DNA of 64,000 bases from the human T2T-CHM13v2.0 reference genome, Homo sapiens. The stretch lies in assembly GCF_009914755.1 (NCBI RefSeq), contig NC_060928.1; one strand, given 5' to 3'. Shown here one piece after another: positions 1 through 13,958 of the stretch; positions within the stretch are counted from its first letter, which is position 1; each line of letters starts with the position of its first letter. The translations under genes were made by a program, and so were the position numbers. Below the pieces are notes generated by a model, which had not been told where the DNA came from, searched no databases, and worked only from the letters and a program-made list of their open reading frames with translations.

Positions 1-325
1 TACCCCTGACAAGTAGTTTTTAAAGGACATCTTAACTGCTGTTACTAATTCACCTAGTGCAATCCTTCATTTAAAAAAAGTCCTGCTGGTTTATCTTAAA
101 AAATAAATCTTTCTAAAGTTTCCAAACTCTATATTTGCTTAGAGAACACAAAGGGGAAATAAAATAAAATATATATTATGTTATGATTATTTTTCTTCAA
201 AGAAAAGCTGGGTTAAAATTCTGCATCATTTTTATGGTTGTCCAAAAGCTTCTAATTTTGTAATTCTATAATATTTACTATCCCTGCCATTAATTTGGCT
301 ATGACAGAAATTATAGTTTCATAGT

Positions 326-362
326 ATGTGTGTGTGTGTGTGTGTGGTGTGTGTGTTTGTGT
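326..362. repeat. (TG)n microsatellite, imperfect
   Basis: TG dinucleotide run seen directly. Confidence 0.9.
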
Positions 363-1646
363 CTTATGTGAAAAGCAATTTTGTGTGGCATATTTATTCA
401 CACTGGTTTTTCTTTTGTTTCCTTTCATGGGGCTGGGCCAATAAGCTTCTTAATGATGACTTTAAGAAATTCCCATTTCTAAATAAAAGGTAGTTAGGCT
501 AATACGCTGCCTTTCCCTTACTGATAACATACCTAATACTAAGAAAATCCATTTTAAATTCAATTACAGCTAACTTTGTGACAAACATATGGTATATTTT
601 TATAAAAATAATTCATCATTTATAACAACCTCCAGAAAGTGAATCATTGCTGCTATAACTTGATAACAATGTATTTCACCTTTTAAAAATGCATTCTGCA
701 CAATCTGGTACTAATAAGAACATTATCACTAAATGTACTGGATAAGGGATTCATGAAATAGTGACACATATTTTTATTTATTGTGTGTATTTTTTTTTTA
801 CATTGCTCCTTTTAAACTGATGCATTAGCTGAGTTATATGTTCAATTATTCATTCTGAGTTTTTCTCTGAATTCTCTTTTTTGGAATATTGCGGAATAAT
901 TTGAGGTAGTTTAAGGGACTCACTACACCTCCTTCTGCATATTCTTAGACTGGGACCATGGAAACAAACTCAATAGAATTGTTTATTTAATATTGTTTTT
1001 ATAACTTTAGTATTTATTTTCCTGATTTGAAATTTATTTTTATTAACTGCTGATTACATTATACCTTACTATTTAATATAGACCTCCTTTTAAATGCTAA
1101 TAAATAACATATTATGCTTTGTTTTATATTTATCAAGACGAATGATGAAACCACATTCAATGTTTTATTATTGTTTATTGTCTCAAGATACATAATTGTA
1201 TTTACTTACTCCAAAACCCCAAATTACTTCATTGCTAAAATTACATAAATTGTTGTGTAAAAATATCTAAGACCAAAAAGCATAAAAAGCCAGGAGAAAT
1301 TACCACAAATATAAATAATATTTATATAGAGAGAGGATAGGAAGGAAGTAGAGAGACTGTAGGTCAACTACTAAATAAATATGGAGAAACACCAAGTTCA
1401 AAATATTGATAGAAACAGTCTTTAAAGCAGTTTTGTTCTCTTTGTTTTGTTTCAATTTATGGAGAGTTCTTCATAATAATTCTTTTTCTTGACTACTCGT
1501 TAGAGACAGGGTTGACTTGCAGTTTTAAAGAATGTACTGTGGCACTGGGTCAGTGAAATGTGCCTGTTATGGTGTTGCTGACTATAGACGAGGCTGAGTT
1601 TCACTTCAATACCATAACCACTGAGCTGGGTTTCTGTTGACCCTGA

Positions 1647-1943
<297 letters not shown>

Positions 1944-2040
1944 GACCCTGACATTTTTTAAAAAGGCTTACTGGAATTATATCTCAGTAGCCATTTGCAA
2001 CTCTTCTCCTTTTAGCTACCAGGACACACAAAAAGTATTG

Positions 2041-2042
<2 letters not shown>

Positions 2043-2102
<60 letters not shown>
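2043..2102. repeat. (TG)n microsatellite, ~30 units
   Basis: Pure TG run. Confidence 0.97.
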
Positions 2103-2105
<3 letters not shown>

Positions 2106-2309
2106 AAGTTCTTCTTGCTCTTGTTTTTATAAAATTTTCAAAAATAACAATAACTTCAGAATTAGCTTATTCAACTTTACTTTAATGAATGCTTATCTAG
2201 TTTATCCAATCACAGAAACAGGATATTACTATAAGGTACTTGAAGAAGTTTATTTAACTAGGATTTTTTTCTAAAGTAAATACAACAAAATTATTGGTTG
2301 AAAATAACT

Positions 2310-2451
2310 CTTACTTACTGAATATCTCTGAGCCAGAAATGATTGTAGATGCTCAGGATGTAGCAGTAGAAAAAATAGGCAAAATGGTCCCTGCTCTGGC
2401 CTCTGGGAATAAAAGAACTAAACACATAAATTGGTTAAAAAAAATACACCA

Positions 2452-2505
<54 letters not shown>

Positions 2506-2810
2506 GAGTTTGTCCAGTGGTGATGACTACTATAAAAAATAAATAAATCAGGGAAGGAACATAAAAATTTCCAAAGGACCAGAGAGGAGTAAGTGCAGTT
2601 TCACAGGAGCATGAGAGATTTGCTAAAAAAGTGACATTTGTGCAAAAACGTTATGAGGTGAGGGAGCTAGTTACAGGCAAAATGCAAAAACTTTGTGGTG
2701 GGAGAGTGTTTGACACATTCAAGGAAGAGCAATGAGACCTGGGTGGAATGATGGACTATTTAGAGTATTTATATAAAAGGGATAAGATCATGTAGAGACT
2801 TTTGGGCCAC
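2310..2810 (-). mobile_element. L2 LINE 3' fragment, interrupted by (CA)n
   Basis: ttactgaatatctc...ggatgtagcagtagaaaaaataggcaaaatggtccctgctc resembles the reverse-strand L2 3' end; heavily diverged. Confidence 0.55.
2446..2504. repeat. (CA)n microsatellite
   Basis: CA run seen directly. Confidence 0.95.
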
Positions 2811-3064
2811 ACAGCAAATTGTGATATAATTATCTATGTATCTGCCCTTTTCTTTTTGACTCTGAGTTCTGGAAAAGCACGATCAGGTGCTATTCATCTT
2901 TGAGCCACCAAAGCATAGCACATGCCTGTCACAGGGAAGGTATTCTGTTGGCTTGAAGTGAGATTTGGATCTCAAAAAGTCCAATTCTCCTTGTTTATCA
3001 GAACATGACTAGAAGACAGAGTGGCACCCATCTCTACAGACTCTGGTTAATTGGATGGGGACAC

Positions 3065-3225
3065 TGTATAAATTTCCTGTGGCTGTTGTATCAACTATAA
3101 CAAATTAGGTGGCTTGTAACAACCAGTCAGGTTGCACCCACACTTGGGAGGAGACGATTACACAAAAGAATGAACACCAGGAGGTGGAAATAATGAGCTC
3201 CACCTGTTGTCTCTCCAGCACACAT
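3065..3225 (-). mobile_element. MLT1-type MaLR LTR fragment
   Basis: tgtataaatttcctgtggctgttgtatcaactataacaaattaggtggctt resembles the reverse MLT1 3' end. Confidence 0.45.
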
Positions 3226-4249
3226 TGTATCTTAGAAGCTGGAAAACTCCGTGGGCACTTATCCAAGCCTAGTGGGTTAGGGATGGTTTCCTAGAAGACA
3301 CCAAAGATATGTGAATGAAATGCGCAGGAAAACTAAGCTTTAGCTCAGCAAAAGAAAAACAAGGCAGAGAAGAATGCTGGAGCAAATGTATTGATGCACA
3401 AACAGGAGCATATGCATAGAGCTCCTGGTAAAGGGTGAGCAGGGGCTCAGGCAGAAGCCAGGAATCAGGTACTGGAGAGCCAGACAGGATGCTCAAGAAC
3501 TCAAATGCCTAGAAGGATTTTACCTAAGGATGTCGCAGTGCCTGAGATATGCTTTTTAGGTAGAAATTCCGATTAAAATATGAAAAGGGATTCTTTTGTA
3601 AAAACTAGAGGCAATAACTGTGGTTAGGAAGATAATTCAGTGATCCAGCCAAAGATAATGGCCTGAATTAAGACAAAGGAAGTAGAAACTAGGAAGGAGA
3701 AGAGAGTGGAAAACCTCAGGGAACCGTAAGAACAAATCAGAGTGGTGATTCATTACACTTAGAATTTGGGGAAAAAACTAGGTGTCTAAGACATCCCGCT
3801 GAGATTTCAGGCTTGTATACAGAATGAATTAAAGAAGCAACCTTACTTAGACTTTGAATAATTTTTATTTTGATATATTTCATTTATACCATTTTAAGTG
3901 ACTACATCTCCATTTTAGAATTGTTTTCTGGGATTATGATGAGGGAAAATCCCTTTTCTAGCAATCTTTAATTTGAAGCTTCAGTTGTCAACACAGAAGA
4001 CATCTATTTAAAAAATTAATGTGAAAGAAGCATTTGTTTTTCTTTGTATTGATGATAATAAGTAACTAGGGGAAAAACTCTGAGCTACTTTTACTTAAAA
4101 ATAAATATTTCTTTTAGAGATGTGATCATCATAAATAATTAGATGAACAGAAATATAAAAGTACTTCTTATATAGCTTTTTTAAAATACACTTCCAGCAT
4201 TTATGTGGCCAAAAATACTTTTTTAAATTCATTATTTAAATTTTCAAAT

Positions 4250-5700
4250 TTTAATTATGAGGCATCTGAAATTTTACAAAAATATTACTGACACACATGT
4301 GCACATAACTAAGATTAAAAAATGTTAACCCTATGCCTTATATACTTCACATCATTCCTTTATCGAAAGACATAAAACATTACATTTATCTCAACCTTCT
4401 CATCCCTCCTCAATTCCTCAATTAAATTATATGCTTAAATTGCTACAAATAATATCTACTTATTTTTATATACTTTTATCAAACATACTTATTTCATCAG
4501 TTATCTATATTGCCATTTCAATTTTCAAATGACATATAGTATGATGATGTGCTTGTTATTTGGCAATGCAATTTTTCACTGAACATATATGTATACTTTT
4601 TTACATTTCCATGTTGTTTCATGTAGATTCCAATTCAGAAGGCTATTGTATGTCCTCTCCACATTAATTTATTCATTAGGTACAGAAAACTTGTCTTTTC
4701 TACTGTTTCTCTAATGTGTCTCTGTACATGTCTCTTTGTGTATTAATGTGTTAGAATTCCAACTGCTACTTATGGAATTTTTAGATTTTGGGGTATGTAC
4801 ACCTTCAACTTTGCTAGGAATCCAGAACACATTCCCTGGCTTCCATGAATATAAATGAGTTCCCATTTCCTGTCTCTTCACTAGCATTTGTTATTTAAAA
4901 AACTTACAATAAAAGCATTACTATCTGTTGGATATGCAGGATATCATTTTCTTCATAATTTGTATTTACTTTGCGACACAGTACTCCAAACATTATTTAA
5001 TGCACTTCTTGTCCTTTTGGTTTCTTGCTCTGTGAATTTCATGTCTGTATCTTTGCTTATATTTCTGTTGAGATATATGTTTTCCTTCCTGATTAGCAAA
5101 TTATTTTTATTTTCTGGATACTAACTCTTCGTTAGTTTTAGCTTTTGCACATAGTTTCTACTTTTTTTGTATGTTTAATTTTTGTTTGTTTATGACATTT
5201 TGATGTTTTTAATCCGCCCTTAAAGATCTCCTTTGTTGATGTTGTTAAAATGGTCCTCATATTTCTTTTAGAATGTTTAGTTTATTTTAACCTATACGTA
5301 ATTTTTTTTTTCTGTTGAGTGTTAAGGGGTGGTGATTTTTTTCTTTGTACATAAGGAACAGCTACCTGTTTCAGCACAATTCATGAAACAGTGCTGACAT
5401 TTCCACTGAAATAGGAAAAGTGTCTAGTATCTTCATTCTGTTCCATTAAGAAAATTCCATGTTGTTTTAAGAAATATACATTTATAATAAGGTGTTTTAA
5501 CTGATAAGATGCCTTCTTCAATGTATCTCAATTATTTGAAATTATATTGTTGGTGCTTTACTTTTCTTTTTTTGTTTTTTAGAAGAAGAGTCAGCTTGCT
5601 ACATTTTAACAATAATATTCTGTAGATTGAGGTAGGAATTGTTTTGAATTTAAAATTTCCCTCCCTTTACAGAACTGAGTCTATGATTAAAAATACTATA
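4250..5700 (-). mobile_element. Old L1M/L1ME fragment
   Basis: T-rich sequence with L1 antisense-like motifs, e.g. atgagttcccatttcctgtctcttcactagcatttg and ttctggatactaactcttcgttag; ends approximate. Confidence 0.55.
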
Positions 5701-5769
5701 GATTTTGTGTTTTTCAATATCATTTTACTATTATCTGATATACTTTGATTATATTATAATTAGAGTAAC

Positions 5770-6345
5770 TATCTTGGTGTCTTCTATGGTTTCTCTGTTC
5801 TCTCATACCCTATACACATGCCAACCAAAGTTCCTACATTATGTCATTAGGCTGTGCAGGATTCTAGCCTTGGCACCCCTTAGTCCTCATTTCCTACCAC
5901 TCTCTGTTTTGTCCTTTCTCTTGTTCTGCTCCAGCCACATGGGTCTTCTTGGTGGGGAATGTGAAAATCACATTCCTGTCTCAAGGACATTAAAATTTGT
6001 GATTCCCTTTGCTTGGAATACCACCCAGCATCTCCAACTGATCCTTTGCTTGTGTATTCCACTGCACAGCCCCTGCAGCTGATCTTTGCATGGTTGTCTC
6101 TCTCATGTCATTCAGATCTCAGCTCAAATGCCACAGTCACACAAAGTTCTTTCTTTACCTTTCTTTAGTTCCTTGCATTAACTTTGGACGCCACTCGTCA
6201 TTACCTATCTATTCATTACATATGTTTCTTTATTTCAGAAAAATTACCACTCACTAGAGCTTTTAGTTCATGATCGTATTCCCAGTATTAAAAAATGACT
6301 CAGTAGCCTCTCAATAAATATTTGTTGAAAAACTGAAAGAATGAA
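5770..6345 (+). mobile_element. L2 LINE 3' portion
   Basis: ctgctccagccacatgg..., cagatctcagctcaaatgccac and L2 terminus tcaataaatatttgttgaa. Confidence 0.75.
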
Positions 6346-6499
6346 GAATCTACTCTTAAGTGCCATAAAATTATTTTAACTATGTTTTTTCAAATTATAT
6401 CTTCAAATTGTTATTGGAGAATAAAACCATGGGTGATATCTATAAAATATTATATATGTGAGAAGTGTTTAGTGCAAAATAAGTAGTGTTGTAAAATAA

Positions 6500-6620
6500 T
6501 TTTATTTATTAACTCATGGAATCCTCATGACAACAATATAGTCACTATTATTACTATTTCTTCTTAAAAGATGGAGAGTTTGAGGTCAGGGAGTTTAAAA
6601 TTTTTCTTCTCATCACTTAA
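6500..6620 (-). mobile_element. MIR fragment
   Basis: aatcctcatgacaac...attattactatttc...gatggagagtttgaggtcagggag resembles the MIR core. Confidence 0.5.
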
Positions 6621-6877
6621 CAGTAACGATGGAGTCCCTTGGATGCAGTGGAGCCACTGTGCTGTCACTCCAGTGCTTGGAGGCTAGAACACAGAAAGAG
6701 TGGTTTTAACCACGATCCCTGGCTTTCCGCCTAGGAAATAAAATTAAGAAACAGCTAGAAAATTTTAAGACTGGAAGGCTATCAAAAATACATGAATCAT
6801 GTTCATTGCTTATGTATGACAACTAGCTTTCCCATATCCTGTTAACTTTCTCTTTCATATTTAAATTGTACAAAGGA

Positions 6878-7222
6878 AGTCATGCACCTTATGACAACAT
6901 TTTGGTCAATGACAGACCACATATGCAACAGTGGTCCCATAAGATTATAATACCGTATTTTACTTTCCCCTTTCTATGTTTAGATAGGTTTAGACAGGCA
7001 AATAGCACTGTGCTCCAGTTGCCTACAGTATTGAGTACAGTAACATGCTACAGGCTTGTAGGCTAGGAGCAATACGCTATACCACAGAGCCTAGGTGTGT
7101 AGCAGGCTGCACATCTATACCATCTGGGTTATTGTAAGTACACACTGTGATGTTCACAGAAAAACGAAATCACCTAATGACACATTTCCCAGAATGTATT
7201 CCCATTAAGTGACACATGGCTA
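6878..7222 (+). mobile_element. Tigger3a/MER7A DNA transposon MITE
   Basis: agtcatgcac...ggtcccataagattataataccgtattt...gcctaggtgtgtag...gacacatggcta follows the MER7A consensus as I recall it, with degenerate TIRs. Confidence 0.88.
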
Positions 7223-7340
7223 TAATATAAGAAATTATACCACAATAGAATGCATCATTAATATATTCTACATTTCATAATCACATATTTTTATGAAAAA
7301 TTTACTATCACAGAATATCATTTGCCACTTCATTTTACTG

Positions 7341-7632
<292 letters not shown>

Positions 7633-7799
7633 TCCATTTTATTTTATACATAAAAGGTCTTACAATCGTTTAAACATTAAGACTCCCTCAAGAATATCTT
7701 GGTGATGTGAGCACAAGGGCCAACTAGACTTGCCTGGCACGCCCCAGACCCCCACCCCGCCATCAACACAAAAACCCAAAGCAACAAATACACAACTGT

Positions 7800-8700
7800 A
7801 TTTTACCTGGAGTGACTGAGGAAGTGCACTGGAGAGTACCCACATGGACCTGCACAACGGCGTGGCCTCGAGCAGCTAGCCAGCCCACTGTACGTGCTCG
7901 CTCCTGGCTTGGCAGCCAATCTGGTCAGACCGCACCTCATTGCAGAGAGTGCTGCACAGCTGCCCAGCCCCATGCCCTGGCTGCCCTGCTGGAGGCATTC
8001 ACACGCACCCACCCCTGGCCTGAAAGGGGCCCTGCCTTCCTGGAGAGACTGCAGCAGCCACCCAGTCCCATGGTGCCTGTGCAAACCAACACCCAGGCCA
8101 ACAGCGAATCCAGCAGCAGCCCCAGCTCCCTGGAAAACGCGAGACAGAGCTGTCTGGTCCCCCTGCACTTGCACTCACACCTGGCCCAACAGCCGGGCCA
8201 ATGTCTGCCCCGTGTCCCCAGAAAATCTGTCACTGAGGTGTCAGCCCCACTGAATGCACCTGCACTTGGCCTGAAAGCTGATTCAGAAGTGAACTAGCCA
8301 CCCCACCCCTGCTAGTCCCTTTGCACCTGCCCTGAACATGCCTAACAGCCAATGTGGCAGTGGCCAGCCTCCTGGATATACCACCACATACCTGCACCCA
8401 ACCCTACAGCCAGTTGGCTGGTGACCTCCACATCCCAGGAGAGCACACGCGACAGCCTGTGGGTCCTGCACACCAATACATGCCCAGTCCAACAATCAAT
8501 GTGGCACCTTCGCCTCCAGCGAAACCATGCCATCACCTTCACAAATTCCTGTAACCTAGGCCACTTGGGTAATCGCAGACCTCACTGATGAAAATCACAG
8601 CTGAAGAAACTGCAATGAAGACCATGCTACTGAGTCCACCCAGAACCACAGCCTATGCGCCACACTCAACAAACACCCTAGGAAGCATCTACAAGAAAGA
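7800..8700 (+). mobile_element. GC-rich 5' region of an old L1 (L1M/L1PB-type)
   Basis: C-rich tract with recurrent cctgcac/cccagc motifs, ending accatgctactgagtccacccagaacc...catctacaagaaa; directly abuts L1 ORF2 sequence. Confidence 0.6.
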
Positions 8701-9243
<543 letters not shown>

Positions 9244-9464
9244 TGTTGAAGTTCTTGCTTAAGTCTTTAGTGGGAATCTCTTGAGAAATGCACATCAGAG
9301 TAACCTGCTAGCTTCTCTGTTTTTCCCCAGAATGGTTTAGTAATGCCATTTGGTTTGAATTCCTAGTAGATTCATAAAGAATTTCTCCAGTTCTGCCTGC
9401 AAGTGGCTATTCAACTACACCTTGCCATTTAACAGTGTCTTACACTTTTATTTCATTAGTAGTA

Positions 9465-9620
9465 TTATTTTTAGAGACAGGGCCTCATTCTGTTGCCCAA
9501 GCTGGAGTGCAGTGGTGCAATCATGGCTCACTGAAGCTTTGAACTCCTGGCCTCAAGCAATCCTCTTGCTTCAACCTCCCAAAGTGCTTGGATTATAGGC
9601 ATGAACCACCACAACCGGCC
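9465..9620 (-). mobile_element. Alu monomer (FRAM-like or collapsed AluJ)
   Basis: ~155 bp single arm with left-arm-like start (cactttgggagg) and right-arm end. Confidence 0.85.
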
Positions 9621-11199
9621 CAGCTTTCACTCATAATATGGGTCTAGTCCAGCAGAATTTTACTGAGCACCCTTGATTGCAGACACATAGAAAAGTATCC
9701 CAGGACATTCTTGTTGACAGTTCTACTGTGGATTAATTGAAAATTTGTATTTATATGTGAAATTACAGATTTAACATATGATAGTCACTTTCCTGTTTAC
9801 TGGTGTTCTAATGCTGATTTTTAAGTTAATTTTAAATTTCCAACTATTAACGACTAAAAGTTCAATTGCAGATTAGTATTAAAACCAAGGATTATATCTA
9901 TCACTGCTTTATATAAAAACAATTGTCAAAGAAATTCTGATACTGTGTGGTTAGTCAAATTTGAATATCAACTAGATGTTATAACATGATAGTTAAGAGG
10001 ATGAAAATTGTGCTTTATCCATTCCTGCTTACTTTTGAACTGTGTTCAGTATATTTCAGCTGTCACTTGTTCACTCCATTATAAGAATAATTATTAAGAA
10101 TGAGCTGAAAAAACACACAGTTCATAAAACTAAAATCCTTAATTCACATTTGTATGTTGTGAGTTAATGAAATTTGTTTTCAAAAAAAGCTTGATTTCAG
10201 AAAAATCTAATTACATTGTTATACTAAAAGTTATCAGCTTTATCATTATTTAATGGAAAGTAATAACTGATAGAACTGTTTATAGTAATATATTATAGAG
10301 TGATGTTTTTCATTTAATAAGTTTGTTGGAGAAGAAGACAACATAGAAATATTTAATGGGGGCTGCTTCCCTAGAGTTAAGGATATTTTTTGTGAGGGTG
10401 ACTTTAAATAATATTTTAGAAAAATATAGGTATAGGTGTGAAAACTATAACTGCTTTCCAATAGCATAAATAGCATACACTCATACTAATAGAGTACCTT
10501 TGATGGCATATATGTCCTAGTCTTTCAAGTCACTACTGTTTTGTCAAGGTTACTACAACAATTTTGAAGCTTGGCAAATGAAGTTACAATACATAACCTG
10601 GTACGTGCCTTTTTTTCCGTAGTCAACAACCAAAAAGTGAATTGTGCTTGGTGGAAACCGAGTGTTGTAAAAAAATAAAAGATTATTGACTCTGTTCGTT
10701 ATCAACTGTGAACAGCTGCACAGGGAAGCTGGAAGCCAGTGGGCCCGCCAAGCACCTCTCTGAGACTGAAGCCATTTGGAGCCAGGTTGGAAGCAGCGGG
10801 AGTCTGAGGTGTCTTGTCTAGACAGCAGAGGCTCTGTATGGCTCTTGAAGAAATGGGCAAAGGACTTTATAGAGAGAAAGTCCTTCCAGAGTTCTTGGCA
10901 CAAATTCATCTACCTATTTCCTTTTTGTATGTTACTATTAAAATGAGTAGAGAAACCAAGACACAAAATAAATCAATGGGATGTTTAGAGAATGAAATAG
11001 AATGGTATACACATCTAAGTTTAGAACTTCAAGAAACCTTGGCAACATACCCCAATTTCCTTATTTTATACATAGCAACACAAATGTCCAGAATAGATGA
11101 ATAAATTGCATCTGATAATACAATTGGATCACCAGGGATCCGGAATGTGTATCTAAATTGCTGGCATCCATATTCAATACCTTTTCCAGGTGTCTTAAA

Positions 11200-11358
11200 T
11201 CCTTGTGCTCAAAATGTGATCTGCAGAGCAGCAGCATCAGTATCACCTGTGTGTTTGCCAGAAATTCAGAATCTCAGGCTCATTCATAGACTTATGAATT
11301 AGAATCTCCATCTTAGCAAGATTGCCTGTGTATATGCTGTATTAAATTATTGAAAAGA
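11200..11358. mobile_element. MER5A hAT-Charlie MITE
   Basis: ctcaaaatgtgatc...agcagcatcagtatcacctg...agaaattcagaatctcaggc...tgaattagaatctccat. Confidence 0.75.
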
Positions 11359-12654
11359 CTTATGAATGATAACTATGTTCTTGAGTGATAAAGGTGGAAA
11401 ATTGCGTATGTACAGTAGGAAAAAATCTTCAGATCATCCATCCGTTATAACGTTTAGTTATATGTGGCTAGCATTTTTGTTAATGTCAGCCACTTGTTTG
11501 ATTTTAAATCAGTCCCTCTCTTAATACGGTAATTTGAGCTCATGGTAAAATAAGAATATTTCTGTTTTTCAATAAGTATAATTTTAAATTTATAGAAAGA
11601 CCTGGGTGCTGTCAAAAATTTTAGTTTAAGCCATAAAATAAACAGATTTTAATTAAATGTTTTGTTAGCTTTCATATAGACAAATGAGTTTTAGTTTATT
11701 TTCTATTGTTGTCTTTACTACTTTACAAACATAAATATTGAAATTACTCAAGTATCTATAAATGAGAAATAGTTATAAGCCAATTAATTGTTATTAACTG
11801 ATTCAACAAATATTAACTTTAGGCACTATGCTAGATAGATATATAGTTTATTAGGGATTTATTTAGACTATTTTATTTCACATAAAATTCTGCAAAACAA
11901 TTTGTGTTGTATATTTACTTAACTAAGACAGTTAACAAACGATTATGATTGGAGATAAAATGCAAGAATTATTTTAATTATTTTACTAATTTTTTTTCTC
12001 TTGTTATAATATTGGTTCAGGTTAACTAGTAGCAGTCACACGAATTATAAACATCAGATTTACTATGTCATCTCTCTATAACCTATGATTCCAGAGCCAG
12101 TTTTCACTAATAGTTACTCAAGATTAGACAGCATTTAGAAAATTCAGTTAATATTCTTTTAGTCATAAAATTTGGAAACACATTAAAGATTATTTATAGA
12201 CTATAGTTTTTTCTCTTTTCAATGTAGGGGTTTTCAAATGTTATAAACACCACGGGACTTTTTAAAATTTACATTCCTGGACTACAGGTTAAAGTTTTTG
12301 GCTTCATTAACTTACAAGAATCTACTTTTAACATATCTTCTGTTTATTTCTATATACTCTGAAGGTGGAGTCCCTTTGGGATAAATAGGCTAGTGTATCT
12401 CATATCAAGAGATGATATGACTTCAGTTTCTTAAAAGTCTATTGGCAGACAAGGTAGATGAAACTAAGATTACAGCATTGCTCTCATCTGTGACATAAGA
12501 TTTGAATTGCTGACAAATATATGTAAATATTTAGGGGACATTTCAAGAACAATACTAAAATAATCTAGAGCAGTGAATGCACATTCATGGAAGAGTTGAC
12601 ACTAATGGTACATTCTCTTTTTGGTAAAACCAGGAAGTAAAAAGACCCTTCTTT

Positions 12655-12989
<335 letters not shown>

Positions 12990-13746
12990 AAGACCCTTCT
13001 TTTAGATTTTTCACTAACGAAGTGGTTCATTTGGAAACTCTTAGAGCGAAAAGGCTAGAATACTACAGTTTCTGTTAATGTTTTTCTTCCTATATTCCTG
13101 TCATATTAACCAATTTCTCTTTAAATCTGCTTGGTGGAAACTGTGAAAAACTGGGAAGTTGAAGTTTGACTTACTTTTCCCTTGCTTTCTCCACCTAACT
13201 CTTTTTTTCTCCCCAAGAATGTCATATTCCAATGATCCCAAACCCTAGAGAGCTCTCCTGACCCTTGAAGCATTGTCTAGTCTCCCATTCCCATGAGAAA
13301 ATGCTGCCATGTTCTTTCATGCATGGGAGAGAAACTGTATCACTTTTTTTTGCAGGATGTGAGATGCCAGTAGTAAGTACCCTAAGTTGCTTGGGCAGTG
13401 ATGTGAGAGGTACTTCCGGACAGGTTCCAGTTAGATTTATAACCCTAAATTTTATTTTCAAAATCCTAATCAGGCCGATCAAAGGAAGAGTAGATATTTG
13501 GAAATGCACATCTTTGAAGTGTGATTTTCTCACTTTAAACCATGTAAGCTGGCACCTAGAGTTGGCCCTGTATAACAATATAGTCAAGTTATATATTAGT
13601 GATGCTAGAGCGGAGTCATAGCAGAGAAAACCAGAGGATAGCACCCAACAGACTATTTGTAGCCTGATAAACTGAGTCTTCAGCATTATTGGAAGAAACT
13701 AATAAGGCTACATTGACCCTGTTGACTGAAGAAACACACTGACTCT

Positions 13747-13958
13747 CTTTTTTCTGTTTTGAGATGGGGTCTCAGTCTGTTGCCCAGGCTGGAGTGCAGT
13801 GGCATGATCATAGTTCATTGTGCAGCCTTGACTGTCCGGCTCAAGCAATCCTCTTACCTCAGCGTCCAGAATATCTGGGACCACAGCGACATGCCACCAC
13901 GCCTAGCTAATTTTTTAAATTATTTGTAGAGATGAGGTCTCCCTATGTGGCCCAGGCT
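13747..13958 (-). mobile_element. AluJ-type SINE, 5'-truncated
   Basis: Right arm, linker and part of the left arm. Confidence 0.9.

Noticed and set aside
7660-8588. Cluster of overlapping ORFs of up to 161 aa
   Set aside because: They lie in a GC-rich repeat-derived tract where stops are rare on both strands; no recognisable protein or splice structure.
13345-13378. Possible 17-nt microexon (ttttgcag|...|gtaagt)
   Set aside because: Not frame-preserving, weak exonic donor bases, and expected by chance in 64 kb.
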